From assembly GCA_046706745.1 (NCBI GenBank), contig JBJKPC010000010.1, forward strand, positions 27,139 to 91,138: a stretch of DNA of 64,000 nt, written 5' to 3'. The notes under the pieces were generated by a model. It made no database searches. It was not told the DNA's origin and saw only the letters and a list, made by a program, of their open reading frames with translations. Of the stretch, positions 1-10,294 are shown piece by piece. The position numbers were made by a program, and so were the translations under genes. The DNA comes from Candidatus Kryptoniota bacterium (lineage in GTDB: Bacteria; Bacteroidota; Ignavibacteria; Kryptoniales; JAKASW01). The stretch's first letter is position 1. Each line of letters starts with the position of its first letter.

Positions 1-1
1 C

Positions 2-1504
2 GACTACATCGTTTACGAGCTCCATATCGGCACTTTTACACGAGAGGGCACTTTCGCTGCCGCTGCTGCGCGCATTTCAGAGCTGAAGGATCTTGGAATT
101 AACGCGATTGAGTTAATGCCGGTTGCGCAGTTTCCCGGCAAGAAGAATTGGGGCTATGACGGGGTCTATCCTTTCGCGGTTCAGGATACGTACGGCGGTG
201 TGAACGGCCTCAAATATCTCGTCAGGGAAGCTCACCGGCAAGAGATCGCCGTGATCCTCGACGTGGTCTACAATCACCTCGGACCGGAGGGGAATTACCT
301 GAGAGACTTCGGTCCGTATTTTACCGACCGCTACAGGACTCCGTGGGGCGAGAGTATCAACTTCGACGGCGCTTACAGCGACGCCGTATGCGATTACTTC
401 ATTACAAACGCGTTGTTTTGGTTCCGGGAATTTCACTTGGATGCCCTCCGCCTTGATGCCGTCCACGCAATCTGCGACATGGGTGCGCACCCGTTCCTTA
501 AGAGACTTGCCGAAGCGGTTGAGGCAGAATCGATTCGATCTGGTACAAGGAAATACCTCATTGCCGAAAGCGACCTTAACGACACACGGATAATCAGGGA
601 CCTCAGTAGCGGCGGCTTTGGCATCGATGCGCAATGGAGCGACGATTTTCATCATTCGATTCATACCCTTCTAACCGGCGAGAACCGCGGTTATTATGCG
701 GACTTCGGCAAAATCGATCACCTGGTTCGGACCCTACAGAAAGGATACTGTTATTCTGGCGAATATTCGGTCGCACGGAAGAGAACCCACGGGAACGATG
801 CGTCCGACTTGCATACGGGGAAGTTCGTGGTCTGTTCACAGAACCACGACCAGATCGGTAACCGAATGCTCGGAGAACGGCTGATTGCGATTACTGACTT
901 CGAGAGGGCAAAGCTCGCAGCGGCGGCAGTTCTCTTCTCACCCTATATCCCTCTTTTATTCATGGGTGAAGAACATGCGGAAGGGAATCCTTTCTTATAT
1001 TTTGCGGACCATTCGGACACAGGGCTCAGAGACGCCGTCCGAAGAGGGCGCAAGGCCGAATTCGCGGAGTTCCAGGCCTCCGGCGAGCCCCCGGATCCCT
1101 TCGACCCGAGTACCTTCGAAAGATCAAAGGTGGATTGGAACAAACTGAAACAAGAACCATATTCCGCCATGTACCGTTATTATAAAGAGTTGATCCGAAT
1201 AAGGAGATCGTATGCCGCGCTGGCTCAGCGTTCGCGGGACAAGTTGAGCATCGTACAGCACGGAGAGACTCCTGTCATTTCGATTCGCTACGCTTCCGAA
1301 TCAGAGCCCTTGGTTTGCGAATTTAATTTCGGAGAATCTCCTTCAGACATTGTGCTGGACGTTAAAGGGAATTGGGATAAAGTCTTCGACTCAAGAGACC
1401 CGCGGTGGACGAAAGGGGGGTCACAACTACCTGAGAAAATAGAGGGTTCAACATGTAAGGTGAGGATGGCACCTTATCATTGCGCCGTCTTTGTGAAAAA
1501 CTGA
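2..1504 (+). CDS. treZ: malto-oligosyltrehalose trehalohydrolase (GH13), 5' end cut by window edge
   Basis: Frame is open from base 2 (DYIVYELHIGTFT...) upstream of the listed Met at 116. The four GH13 conserved regions are visible: ILDVVYNH, LDALRLDAVH, YLIAESD, QNHDQIGNR. It lies directly upstream of treY. Confidence 0.85.
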   Translation, partial: DYIVYELHIGTFTREGTFAAAAARISELKDLGINAIELMPVAQFPGKKNWGYDGVYPFAVQDTYGGVNGLKYLVREAHRQEIAVILDVVYNHLGPEGNYLRDFGPYFTDRYRTPWGESINFDGAYSDAVCDYFITNALFWFREFHLDALRLDAVHAICDMGAHPFLKRLAEAVEAESIRSGTRKYLIAESDLNDTRIIRDLSSGGFGIDAQWSDDFHHSIHTLLTGENRGYYADFGKIDHLVRTLQKGYCYSGEYSVARKRTHGNDASDLHTGKFVVCSQNHDQIGNRMLGERLIAITDFERAKLAAAAVLFSPYIPLLFMGEEHAEGNPFLYFADHSDTGLRDAVRRGRKAEFAEFQASGEPPDPFDPSTFERSKVDWNKLKQEPYSAMYRYYKELIRIRRSYAALAQRSRDKLSIVQHGETPVISIRYASESEPLVCEFNFGESPSDIVLDVKGNWDKVFDSRDPRWTKGGSQLPEKIEGSTCKVRMAPYHCAVFVKN

Positions 1505-1534
1505 ATTCGACAACGCACAGGAGATTACCGGTAA

Positions 1535-4354
1535 ATGAAGAGGCCTCAGATACCGCGCGCGACATACCGACTGCAATTCACGCCGGAATTCGGGTTTGCC
1601 GAAGCACTGCATCTCCTGCCGTATCTGCAGCGTCTGGGGATAAGCCACATCTACGCATCCCCGGTGACCCGCGCCCGCACCGGAAGCACTCATGGCTACG
1701 ACGTTTGCGATCCGAAGACAGTAAATCCGGAACTGGGAACTCTCGACGAGTTCCGAAAGTTGCTTTCCGAAACAGCGCGGCGCAAGATGGGATGGCTGCA
1801 GGATATCGTCCCAAATCATATGGCGTATTCGCATGAGAACCCCTACCTGGTAGATGTGCTCGAACACGGAGAGGCGTCCCGTTACGCAGAATTCTTCGAC
1901 ATCACCTGGAATCATCAGCACGAAAGCCTGCGAGGGCGTCTGCTCGCTCCCTTCCTTGGAAAACCATACGGCGAGTGTGTTACTGACGGTGAGCTGAAGA
2001 TCGTTTTTGAAAACGGAGGACTTCTGGTTGCCTACTACGATCAGAGGTATCCGCTGTCGCCGGAGTCGTACTGGGAAGTTCTCGGGACAAGCTTCGAGAA
2101 GCTCAAAGATGCCATGGGAGCGACTGCCGACGACTACACTCACCTTCTGGGGGCACTGCACACACTCAAAAACCTTCCCTCGGTCAGCACCGGCCAGGAA
2201 CGATCCGCCCAATGTTCTATGGCAAAGGGGGTAATTCGCCGTTTGTACGAACGTCATCCGGCGGTTCGGCAGCACATCAAAGAAAGTGTTCACGAGTTTT
2301 CAACAGGTAATCCGGGCGCCAACACCCGTTTCGACAATCTGATGTCGAAACAGAACTTCAGGCTTGCATTCTGGAAAGTTGCTGCAGAAGAACTCAATTA
2401 CAGGCGGTTCTTTACCGTCAGCGATCTCATATGCATCCGCGTCGAGTATGAATCCGTCTTCGAGGAAACCCATTCCTTCATACTCGGTCTCATTGAAGAA
2501 GGACTGATCCACGGCCTGCGCGTCGACCACATCGACGGTCTTTTTGATCCTGCGGCATACCTGAGGCGCCTGCGAGCCCGTGCCCCGGAAGCCTACATTG
2601 TCGTTGAGAAGATACTTGATAGAACGGAGCACCTGCCCACGAACTGGCCGATCCAGGGAACGACAGGCTACGACTTCCTGAACCACTTGAGCTACTCTTT
2701 GTGCGATAGGGAATCGGAAGAGCGCTTCGATACTCTCTACGCAAAGTTCACAGGAGAGAGAGTCGATCCGGCCGAACTTCAAATTGACAAGAAGCGGCTG
2801 ATAATCGGAAAGCACATGGCCGGAGATATAGACAATCTCGCACGACTTGTCATGGGTATCGCCGGTGTGGATCTAATGGGAAGAGATATCACGTTGTACG
2901 GGCTTCGGAGGGCGCTCGTCGAAGTGCTCACCCATTTCCCGGTCTACCGCACTTATGTAACGACAAACATGTTCACGAGCGACGACGCCCGCGATATCGC
3001 AACCGCTCTGAAGCTTTGCAGGGAGACGATGGCGGGTCTCGCGGTCGAGTTCGATTTCATCGAGAGATTTCTTATGGTAAAGGGCGATGTCGTCCGCGAG
3101 GCGGAATTCGACGAAGCGTGGCGGAGCGCCGTAATGCGTTTCCAGCAATTCACCGGCCCGCTCATGGCGAAAGGATTCGAAGATACACTTTTCTATGTGT
3201 ACAATCGCAACGTCGCGCTGAATGAAGTGGGTGGATGGCCGGAGGAATTCGGCATCAGCCAGAAAGACTTCCGTCGCTTTATTGCCAACCGTTCATCCTC
3301 CCATCCGTGGTCGATGAACGCCACGGCAACGCACGACACGAAACGCGGCGAAGACACCCGTGCACGCCTGCTTGCATTAACGGAAATGCCTGCAGAGTGG
3401 GGTGAACGCCTTGCCTCTTGGACCAGGTTGAACAAGCGGAATGAAAAGACATTCGGCGAAGAGAGTTACCCAGATCGCAACGATCAGTACTTGTTCTACC
3501 AGACTCTTGTCGGGACCCTGCCGTTCGACGGTGCGATTGACAAATCCTACATCAAGAGACTGGAGGAATACATGGTGAAAGCCGTGCGGGAAGCCAAGGT
3601 GCACACCGCATGGATCAAGCCCGACGAAGACTATGAGAAAGCCACTTCAGGCTTCGTCAGAGGGTGTCTGGACGAATCGAAGAATCGTGAATTCATCTCC
3701 CAACTCCGCTCGTTTGTTCGCGACCTTTCGTGGTTCGGAATGATCAATTCTCTGTCCCAGCTGGTGCTGAAGCTTACGATGCCGGGCGTACCCGACTTTT
3801 ACCAGGGAACAGAACTCTGGGATCTCAGCCTTGTCGACCCTGACAATCGAAGACCTGTCGACTTTGTGAAGAGAGCCCGGTTCCTCGATAAAGTCTGCGG
3901 TAGAATAACGAATCTCTCGGGCGTATTGAAATCGGCGGACGACGGGCGGCTCAAAATGTTCATCATACACAAGCTGCTTACCTTGCGCCAAGAGCATGCC
4001 GGACTGTTCGAGAACGGCGGTTACGTGGCGGCAGTTGCGAGCGGTGTCCACAGAAAAAATATCGAGGCTTTCGTACGAATTGACGGAGGAGAGACACTGC
4101 TTGTGGCCGCTCCGAAACTTTCCCGAAGCCTTGTAAAACCGGGTGATTACCCACTCGGGACGGAAACATGGCAGGACACAAGGATCAAGCTGCGGAAGTC
4201 GCTTCCGTGTTCAACCATGACGAACGTCTTCACCGGCAAGAGCGTCGACGTGAGTAAAGAGATATATCTCAGCGACCTGCTAAAGGATTTCCCATCGGCC
4301 GTCCTCTGGGGTATATCCCCGGGCGCGGGCGGGAGGAGAGAAAGCGTTCAGTAG
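1535..4354 (+). CDS. treY: malto-oligosyltrehalose synthase (GH13)
   Basis: 939 aa. N-terminus TYRLQF..GF..A...LPYLQRLGISHIYASP, plus VPNHMA, GLRVDHIDGL and ATATHDTKRGED, are typical of TreY. Paired with treZ. Confidence 0.9.
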   Translation: MKRPQIPRATYRLQFTPEFGFAEALHLLPYLQRLGISHIYASPVTRARTGSTHGYDVCDPKTVNPELGTLDEFRKLLSETARRKMGWLQDIVPNHMAYSHENPYLVDVLEHGEASRYAEFFDITWNHQHESLRGRLLAPFLGKPYGECVTDGELKIVFENGGLLVAYYDQRYPLSPESYWEVLGTSFEKLKDAMGATADDYTHLLGALHTLKNLPSVSTGQERSAQCSMAKGVIRRLYERHPAVRQHIKESVHEFSTGNPGANTRFDNLMSKQNFRLAFWKVAAEELNYRRFFTVSDLICIRVEYESVFEETHSFILGLIEEGLIHGLRVDHIDGLFDPAAYLRRLRARAPEAYIVVEKILDRTEHLPTNWPIQGTTGYDFLNHLSYSLCDRESEERFDTLYAKFTGERVDPAELQIDKKRLIIGKHMAGDIDNLARLVMGIAGVDLMGRDITLYGLRRALVEVLTHFPVYRTYVTTNMFTSDDARDIATALKLCRETMAGLAVEFDFIERFLMVKGDVVREAEFDEAWRSAVMRFQQFTGPLMAKGFEDTLFYVYNRNVALNEVGGWPEEFGISQKDFRRFIANRSSSHPWSMNATATHDTKRGEDTRARLLALTEMPAEWGERLASWTRLNKRNEKTFGEESYPDRNDQYLFYQTLVGTLPFDGAIDKSYIKRLEEYMVKAVREAKVHTAWIKPDEDYEKATSGFVRGCLDESKNREFISQLRSFVRDLSWFGMINSLSQLVLKLTMPGVPDFYQGTELWDLSLVDPDNRRPVDFVKRARFLDKVCGRITNLSGVLKSADDGRLKMFIIHKLLTLRQEHAGLFENGGYVAAVASGVHRKNIEAFVRIDGGETLLVAAPKLSRSLVKPGDYPLGTETWQDTRIKLRKSLPCSTMTNVFTGKSVDVSKEIYLSDLLKDFPSAVLWGISPGAGGRRESVQ

Positions 4355-4559
4355 GCGGAGGCCGGATACGAGTAAGATCTCTTCATGCCGTCCCCGCACG
4401 AATCAGAATACCGTCAATTGATCGCGGCGGAACAAGAGCGTCGGGGCCGGTCGTAGAGAAGGTTATGGTGTATCGCAAATCGGGCGAAGGGCCGGCGACG
4501 CCCCATCCATTAGCCTTATTGCGTATATTAGAAATGACACTTATCGAAGAGGTAAGACT

Positions 4560-4892
4560 ATGGTACAAGACACGATCAAGAGAATCGAAGAGATGGTACG
4601 GGAAAACGATGCCATCGGCAAGGATACCAAGAGCCAGCTGCTGAAACTTATCGAGGAGTTGAAGCCTGAAATGGAAAGGCTTTCAAAATCTCATGAAGAG
4701 GATGCCGAGAGTGTCGCGGGCTTCATGGAGCGTTCTACTCATGAAACCCTGCGCAAAGAAAAGAACCCCGCGCTAAAACAGATGGCGCTCGACGGCCTTT
4801 CGGCTTCGGTAAGAAAAATCGAAGCTTCACACCCACAGCTCGTGAAGCAGATAGATTACATAATAAATGAGTTGGCAAGTTATGGACTATGA
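4560..4892 (+). CDS. small helical hypothetical protein (DUF4404-like)
   Basis: 110 aa, charged and helical, no TM segment. The overall pattern resembles DUF4404 proteins. Family assignment is from memory only. Confidence 0.5.
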   Translation: MVQDTIKRIEEMVRENDAIGKDTKSQLLKLIEELKPEMERLSKSHEEDAESVAGFMERSTHETLRKEKNPALKQMALDGLSASVRKIEASHPQLVKQIDYIINELASYGL

Positions 4893-5089
4893 GAGCCAGA
4901 AGTGAAGACGACTGCCGTCAAAATGGTTTGCGAAATGTGTTCCCGATCGGTGTACCACATCGAGTGCGGTTGAAGTTTAGATAATAGTTGTACTATGTGA
5001 ACTAGAACAATTCCGGTAGTTGAGGCATCAGCTGCGGCGAAATCGTTCCAGATTGGCGGCTGGCTCGCTACCTCACCACAGAGGACAAA

Positions 5090-6733
5090 ATGACTGCAAG
5101 CGTTAGTGCTGGAAAACCGGCAGAGCCGGCGATGCTCACGAACATACCAAAACTGATCACCGCTTACTATTCGGAAATACCTGATCCTGCAGTGCCCGCC
5201 CAGAGAGTCTCATTCGGAACTTCAGGACACCGCGGCTCATCCCTGGATATTGCGTTCAACGAGAGGCACATCATTGCCGTCAGCCAGGCTATCTGTTTTT
5301 ACCGGGAAGCGCACAATATTGACGGCCCATTGTTTCTCGGGACGGACACGCATGCGCTTTCGACTCCTGCTTTTGCGAGCGCTCTTGAAGTACTCGCGGC
5401 CAACGAGGTGGAGGTTATGATTTCTGAAGGAGACGAATACACGCCGACTCCCGTCATATCCCACGCCGTTCTAAGGTATAATGCAGGACGGAAGACGGGA
5501 CTCGCCGATGGCATCGTGATTACTCCGTCTCATAACCCACCGAGCGACGGCGGATTCAAATATAATCCTCCGAGCGGCGGACCTGCCGATCGCGACATCA
5601 CTGCCTGGATAGAAGCAAAGGCCAACGAGCTCCTTGAGAATAGTCTTGCCGGTGTGAGAAGGGTGTCATTTGAAAAAGCGTTGCGCGCCCGGACGACTCA
5701 CCGCCACGACTACCTATCTGAATATGTATCGGACCTCGCAAACGTCGTAGACATGGATGTTATCAGGATGCGAGGCGTCAAGATCGGAGTGGACCCTCTT
5801 GGTGGTGCCGCCGTCCATTACTGGGGCCCGATCGCAGATCGTTACAAATTGGACATGACCATCGTCAATGACTCAATCGACCCCACATTCAGTTTCATGA
5901 CGGTAGATTGGGACGGCAAGATTCGTATGGACCCTTCTTCGCCCTACGCTATGCAAAGACTGATCGGACTGAAAGATCGTTTCGAAATTGCATTTGCGTG
6001 CGATACTGATGCGGACAGACACGGGATCGTCACACAAAGCACAGGGTTGATGCCGCCTAATCATTACCTCTCCGTAGCCATTCATTACCTTTTTCAGAAC
6101 CGAACAGAATGGCGAAGAGAGTGTGCGGTTGGCAAAACGCTCGTCAGCAGTCGGATGATCGACCGCGTGGCCCATAAGATTGGGCGGAAACTCTACGAGG
6201 TGCCGGTGGGGTTCAAGTGGTTTGTGGAAGGACTGCTCGACGGCTCACTCGGCTTCGGCGGTGAAGAGAGCGCCGGTGCTTCCTTTTCCCGACGGAACGG
6301 GCGCGTATGGACGACAGACAAGGATGGGATTGCTCCCGCCTTGCTGGCCGCCGAGATCACTGCTCGCATGGAAAAAGATCCCGGCGAAATCTACAAAGAG
6401 CTTACGGAAGAGTTTGGCGAGCCTGCCTACGAGCGAATTGAAGCGCCGGCCAGCCCTGAGCAAAAAGCTGTGCTGAGTAAACTCTCGAGAGAGCAGGTTA
6501 GGGCGAAAGAGCTTGCTGGGGAGATGATACGAGCGATTGTTACGAACGCACCGGGAAACGGCGCGCCGATCGGCGGCCTGAAGGTCGAAGCAGAGAGCGG
6601 ATGGTTCGCCGCCCGTCCTTCCGGGACAGAAGACATTTACAAGATTTATGCCGAGAGCTTTCGTGGAACAGATCATCTCCGTCGGATACTCGACGAGGCT
6701 CAGGAAATTGTAAATGACGCTTTGCATGGTTAG
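5090..6733 (+). CDS. pgm: phosphoglucomutase, alpha-D-glucose phosphate-specific
   Basis: 547 aa with TSGHRG, the active-site loop TPSHNPPSDGG, the metal loop FACDTDADRHG and GEESAG. Confidence 0.9.
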   Translation: MTASVSAGKPAEPAMLTNIPKLITAYYSEIPDPAVPAQRVSFGTSGHRGSSLDIAFNERHIIAVSQAICFYREAHNIDGPLFLGTDTHALSTPAFASALEVLAANEVEVMISEGDEYTPTPVISHAVLRYNAGRKTGLADGIVITPSHNPPSDGGFKYNPPSGGPADRDITAWIEAKANELLENSLAGVRRVSFEKALRARTTHRHDYLSEYVSDLANVVDMDVIRMRGVKIGVDPLGGAAVHYWGPIADRYKLDMTIVNDSIDPTFSFMTVDWDGKIRMDPSSPYAMQRLIGLKDRFEIAFACDTDADRHGIVTQSTGLMPPNHYLSVAIHYLFQNRTEWRRECAVGKTLVSSRMIDRVAHKIGRKLYEVPVGFKWFVEGLLDGSLGFGGEESAGASFSRRNGRVWTTDKDGIAPALLAAEITARMEKDPGEIYKELTEEFGEPAYERIEAPASPEQKAVLSKLSREQVRAKELAGEMIRAIVTNAPGNGAPIGGLKVEAESGWFAARPSGTEDIYKIYAESFRGTDHLRRILDEAQEIVNDALHG

Positions 6734-7145
6734 CAGCATTCTATTGAAGCAGACAGGTGACGCCGGATCATGCTGCCGACTTGTGAAAAGAGGCATCTAA
6801 TGTATATTCGGCATGAGGAACAAATACATCGCGCCGACCGTTTTTATCTATAGTGAATGTTCCCTGAAATATGTCGGAGCATTTCCGCTGATGCTCTGCC
6901 GGACACGTTCAGCAATTACCGGTTATCCTCTGAGCCCTCTCATGAAACCGTGACTCGCTCAGCTTTTCAATCCGGATCTTACAGCCATAATCCGACATAC
7001 TCTGGAACGGCAAAATCCTGATAGAACCGGGTTCGAGTGCACGTAAAGATCACGCGGCGCGCCCCGGCCCTCACCAGTATTAGTCGACGAGTAAGATCCG
7101 TTACTTCAAATACATTTCCAATTCTTGAGTTGAAAGGACTACCAA

Positions 7146-8774
7146 ATGACTGAAATCCCCGATCTTTCGAAACGTCCAGCCTGGCGTGCTCTCCAGAAGC
7201 ACTATCAACAAATCGGGAAGACGCATCTTCGGAAGCTGTTTGCCGACGATCCGGAACGGGGTCAAAAGATGTCGGTTGAGGCGGCGGGAATCTATTTGGA
7301 TTACTCGAAACATCGCATCACCAGCGAAACTGTGAAGCTTCTCCTGCAGCTCGCGAAAGAGTCGGATCTGCAGAGCCGGATAAAGGCAATGTTTGAAGGT
7401 GAGAAAATTAACGTCACTGAAAAGCGCGCCGTCCTGCACACAGCTCTTCGCGCCCCGGGAACGAGTTCGGTATTTGTCGACGGGAAAAACGTCGTACCCG
7501 AAGTTCATGAAGTACTTGACAGGATGACCCACTTTGCGAATCGGGTAAGAAACGGGGAGTGGAAGGGTTATACCGGTAAGCGCATTCGCAACGTGATCAA
7601 TATCGGAATCGGCGGCTCTGACCTGGGCCCTGTAATGGCTTACGAAGCATTGCGCCACTACAGCACGCGCGATATGACATTTCGTTTCGTCTCAAACGTG
7701 GACGGAACTGATTTTGCGGAAGCGACGCGCGATTTAAATGCCGAAGAGACGTTGTTTATCATCTCGTCGAAAACCTTCACTACACTCGAAACCATGACCA
7801 ATGCTCGCACGGCCCGTGACTGGTCTTTGAAGGAGCTCAAGGAGTCTTCCGCGGTTGCGAAGCATTTCGTTGCTGTCTCGACCAACGATGATGAAGTGAG
7901 AAGGTTCGGCATAGACACTGAAAACATGTTCGGGTTCTGGGATTGGGTCGGCGGACGCTATTCCATGGACTCGGCAATCGGCCTCTCTACCATGATTGCA
8001 ATCGGACCCGATAATTTTCGTTCCATGCTGGACGGGTTTCACCAAATGGATGAGCATTTCCGTAGTGCTCCTTTTGAGAAAAACCTCCCTGTCCTTATGG
8101 GACTCATTGGAATCTGGTACAACAATTTCTTCGGCACACAAACGGTCGCTGTTCTTCCGTACGAGCAGTACCTTAAAAGATTCCCGGCCTATCTCCAGCA
8201 GCTGACCATGGAAAGCAATGGAAAACATGTTATGCTTAACGGAGATGAGCTTACGTATCAAAGCGGTCCAATCTACTGGGGGGAACCGGGGACGAACGGC
8301 CAACATTCCTTTTATCAGCTGATTCACCAGGGAACAAAGCTTATCCCTTGCGATTTCATCGCGTTTTTGGAACCACTTAATCCACTCGGGCGTCATCATG
8401 ACCTGCTCCTCGCAAATGTCTTTGCGCAATCGGAAGCCCTGGCATTCGGCAAGACACCTGAACAAGTCAGGGACGAGGGCACACCAGACTGGTTGGTCCC
8501 GCACCGGACATTTGAGGGCAACCGTCCTTCAAGCACAATTCTCATGGAGAAGCTGACCCCGGAGGCTCTGGGAAAGCTGGTTGCCCTTTATGAGCATACA
8601 GTCTTCACTCAGGGCGTAATCTGGAATATCGATTCCTTCGACCAATGGGGAGTGGAACTGGGCAAGGCGCTCGCTGTTCGGATCATTCCCGAGCTCGAGA
8701 AAAATTCGGGAGCCGAGCTTAAACATGACAGCTCCACGAACGCACTGATCAGGCGGTATGTAAAGTCGAAGTAA
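7146..8774 (+). CDS. pgi: glucose-6-phosphate isomerase
   Basis: 542 aa with [18 protein letters not shown] and [18 protein letters not shown] signatures. Confidence 0.93.
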   Translation: MTEIPDLSKRPAWRALQKHYQQIGKTHLRKLFADDPERGQKMSVEAAGIYLDYSKHRITSETVKLLLQLAKESDLQSRIKAMFEGEKINVTEKRAVLHTALRAPGTSSVFVDGKNVVPEVHEVLDRMTHFANRVRNGEWKGYTGKRIRNVINIGIGGSDLGPVMAYEALRHYSTRDMTFRFVSNVDGTDFAEATRDLNAEETLFIISSKTFTTLETMTNARTARDWSLKELKESSAVAKHFVAVSTNDDEVRRFGIDTENMFGFWDWVGGRYSMDSAIGLSTMIAIGPDNFRSMLDGFHQMDEHFRSAPFEKNLPVLMGLIGIWYNNFFGTQTVAVLPYEQYLKRFPAYLQQLTMESNGKHVMLNGDELTYQSGPIYWGEPGTNGQHSFYQLIHQGTKLIPCDFIAFLEPLNPLGRHHDLLLANVFAQSEALAFGKTPEQVRDEGTPDWLVPHRTFEGNRPSSTILMEKLTPEALGKLVALYEHTVFTQGVIWNIDSFDQWGVELGKALAVRIIPELEKNSGAELKHDSSTNALIRRYVKSK

Positions 8775-8860
8775 ATATCGCCGAGCGCTGCGATTTGAAG
8801 GCAACAACAAGTGGATCAATTCAGAAGATCTGAGAGCATGAATCAATCGGAGATATATCA

Positions 8861-10288
8861 ATGACAAAGAATGAAAAACAGAAACAATGTGACATCGGTA
8901 TGATTGGGCTCGGAGTTATGGGGCGGAATCTGCTTCTCAATATAGCCGATGAAGGCTTCTCTGCGGCAGGATATGACAAGGACGAAAGTAAGGTGGAAGC
9001 CCTGCGGCAGGAAGCCGAAGAACGAGATGTTCGCGGTGCCGGTGACATCAAGGAATTTCTCACTCTCCTCAGAAGACCGAGGGCGGTAATGATGCTTGTG
9101 CCTGCCGGTGCACCGGTAGATTCCGTCATCAAGGAACTCGAACCGCTTCTCGAAGAGGGCGACCTCATCATCGACGGTGGAAACTCCTATTTTAAAGACA
9201 CGAATGTGCGGGCCCGATCGCTCGACAAGAAAGGGATACGGTTCATCGGTGTCGGAGTATCCGGAGGAGAGGAAGGCGCGCGTCACGGTCCGAGCATCAT
9301 GCCCGGCGGACCCAAAGAAGCATACGAGAGGGTGCGTCCGATCCTCGAGGCCGCCTCGGCGAAAGTCGGCAAAGACCCGTGCGTAACCTGGCTCGGTCCA
9401 GGTTCGGCAGGCCACTTCGTTAAGATGGTACATAACGGCATTGAATACGGCGTGATGCAGCTTATCTCCGAAACCTATGATATCATGAAGCGCGGGCTAG
9501 GCTTAACCGACGATGAATTGTACGAGACGTATGACTCATGGAACAAAGGCGAACTCAACGGCTATCTCGTGGAGATTACAAGCCATATTTTCACCAAGGT
9601 GGACAGGGTAACAGGGAAGCGACTCATAGACGAGATACTGGATGTGGCCAAACAGAAAGGAACGGGAATGTGGACCTCGCAAAGTGCGATGGAACTTCAC
9701 ATACCTGTACCGACGATCGACGCCGCGGTTATGATGCGCAACATGTCGATGCTCGAGGATCAGCGTCGAAGCGCCAGCACAAGTCTCGGCGAACCGACCC
9801 GCAGTCTGCATGTCGACAAAAAGCTTCTCATGAAACAACTGGAACGATCTCTTTATACCGGCGTCCTCCTCTGCTATGCTCAGGGCATATCCGTTCTTTC
9901 TGCGGCATCGGAGTCATACGGCTACAATCTTAACCTTGAAGCGGTGGCTCGGATTTGGCGAGGCGGGTGCATTATCCGCGCCGCCTTGCTGGAAGACATC
10001 CGGAAAGTGTTTTCCGACCGGCCGAAGTTGCCGAACTTATTGCTGGATGAGGGAATATCGAACAAGGTGAAGGAGGGAGAAGGGGATATGAGAGCAGTTG
10101 TTACAACGGCAGGCCAGTCGGGACTGGCTGTGCCGGGGTTCATGAGTGCTTTAAGTTATCTCGACAGCTTTCGCAGTGCCTGGGTACCAGCCAATCTCAT
10201 TCAGGCACAGCGCGATTACTTCGGTGCACACACATACGAGCGAATCGATACCAAAGGCACCTTTCACACTGAATGGGAGAAAGGTTGA
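8861..10288 (+). CDS. gnd: 6-phosphogluconate dehydrogenase, decarboxylating
   Basis: 475 aa with the N-terminal Rossmann motif GMIGLGVMGRNL, GVSGGEEGARHGPSIMPGG and HNGIEYG. Confidence 0.93.
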   Translation: MTKNEKQKQCDIGMIGLGVMGRNLLLNIADEGFSAAGYDKDESKVEALRQEAEERDVRGAGDIKEFLTLLRRPRAVMMLVPAGAPVDSVIKELEPLLEEGDLIIDGGNSYFKDTNVRARSLDKKGIRFIGVGVSGGEEGARHGPSIMPGGPKEAYERVRPILEAASAKVGKDPCVTWLGPGSAGHFVKMVHNGIEYGVMQLISETYDIMKRGLGLTDDELYETYDSWNKGELNGYLVEITSHIFTKVDRVTGKRLIDEILDVAKQKGTGMWTSQSAMELHIPVPTIDAAVMMRNMSMLEDQRRSASTSLGEPTRSLHVDKKLLMKQLERSLYTGVLLCYAQGISVLSAASESYGYNLNLEAVARIWRGGCIIRAALLEDIRKVFSDRPKLPNLLLDEGISNKVKEGEGDMRAVVTTAGQSGLAVPGFMSALSYLDSFRSAWVPANLIQAQRDYFGAHTYERIDTKGTFHTEWEKG

Positions 10289-10294
10289 GCTGAT

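Noticed and set aside
1461-1480. TGGCAC...TTGC string upstream of treY as a sigma54 promoter
   Set aside because: The spacer between the TGGCAC and TTGC elements is 7 nt rather than 5, and the string lies within treZ coding sequence.
1448-2293. 281-aa minus-strand ORF overlapping the end of treZ and the start of treY
   Set aside because: It is antisense to two genes with strong family signatures, has no recognisable motifs and has an Arg/Cys/Pro-rich composition. This is typical of a shadow ORF.
7734-8504. 256-aa minus-strand ORF inside pgi
   Set aside because: It lies fully within a confidently identified conserved gene on the other strand and shows no domain features.
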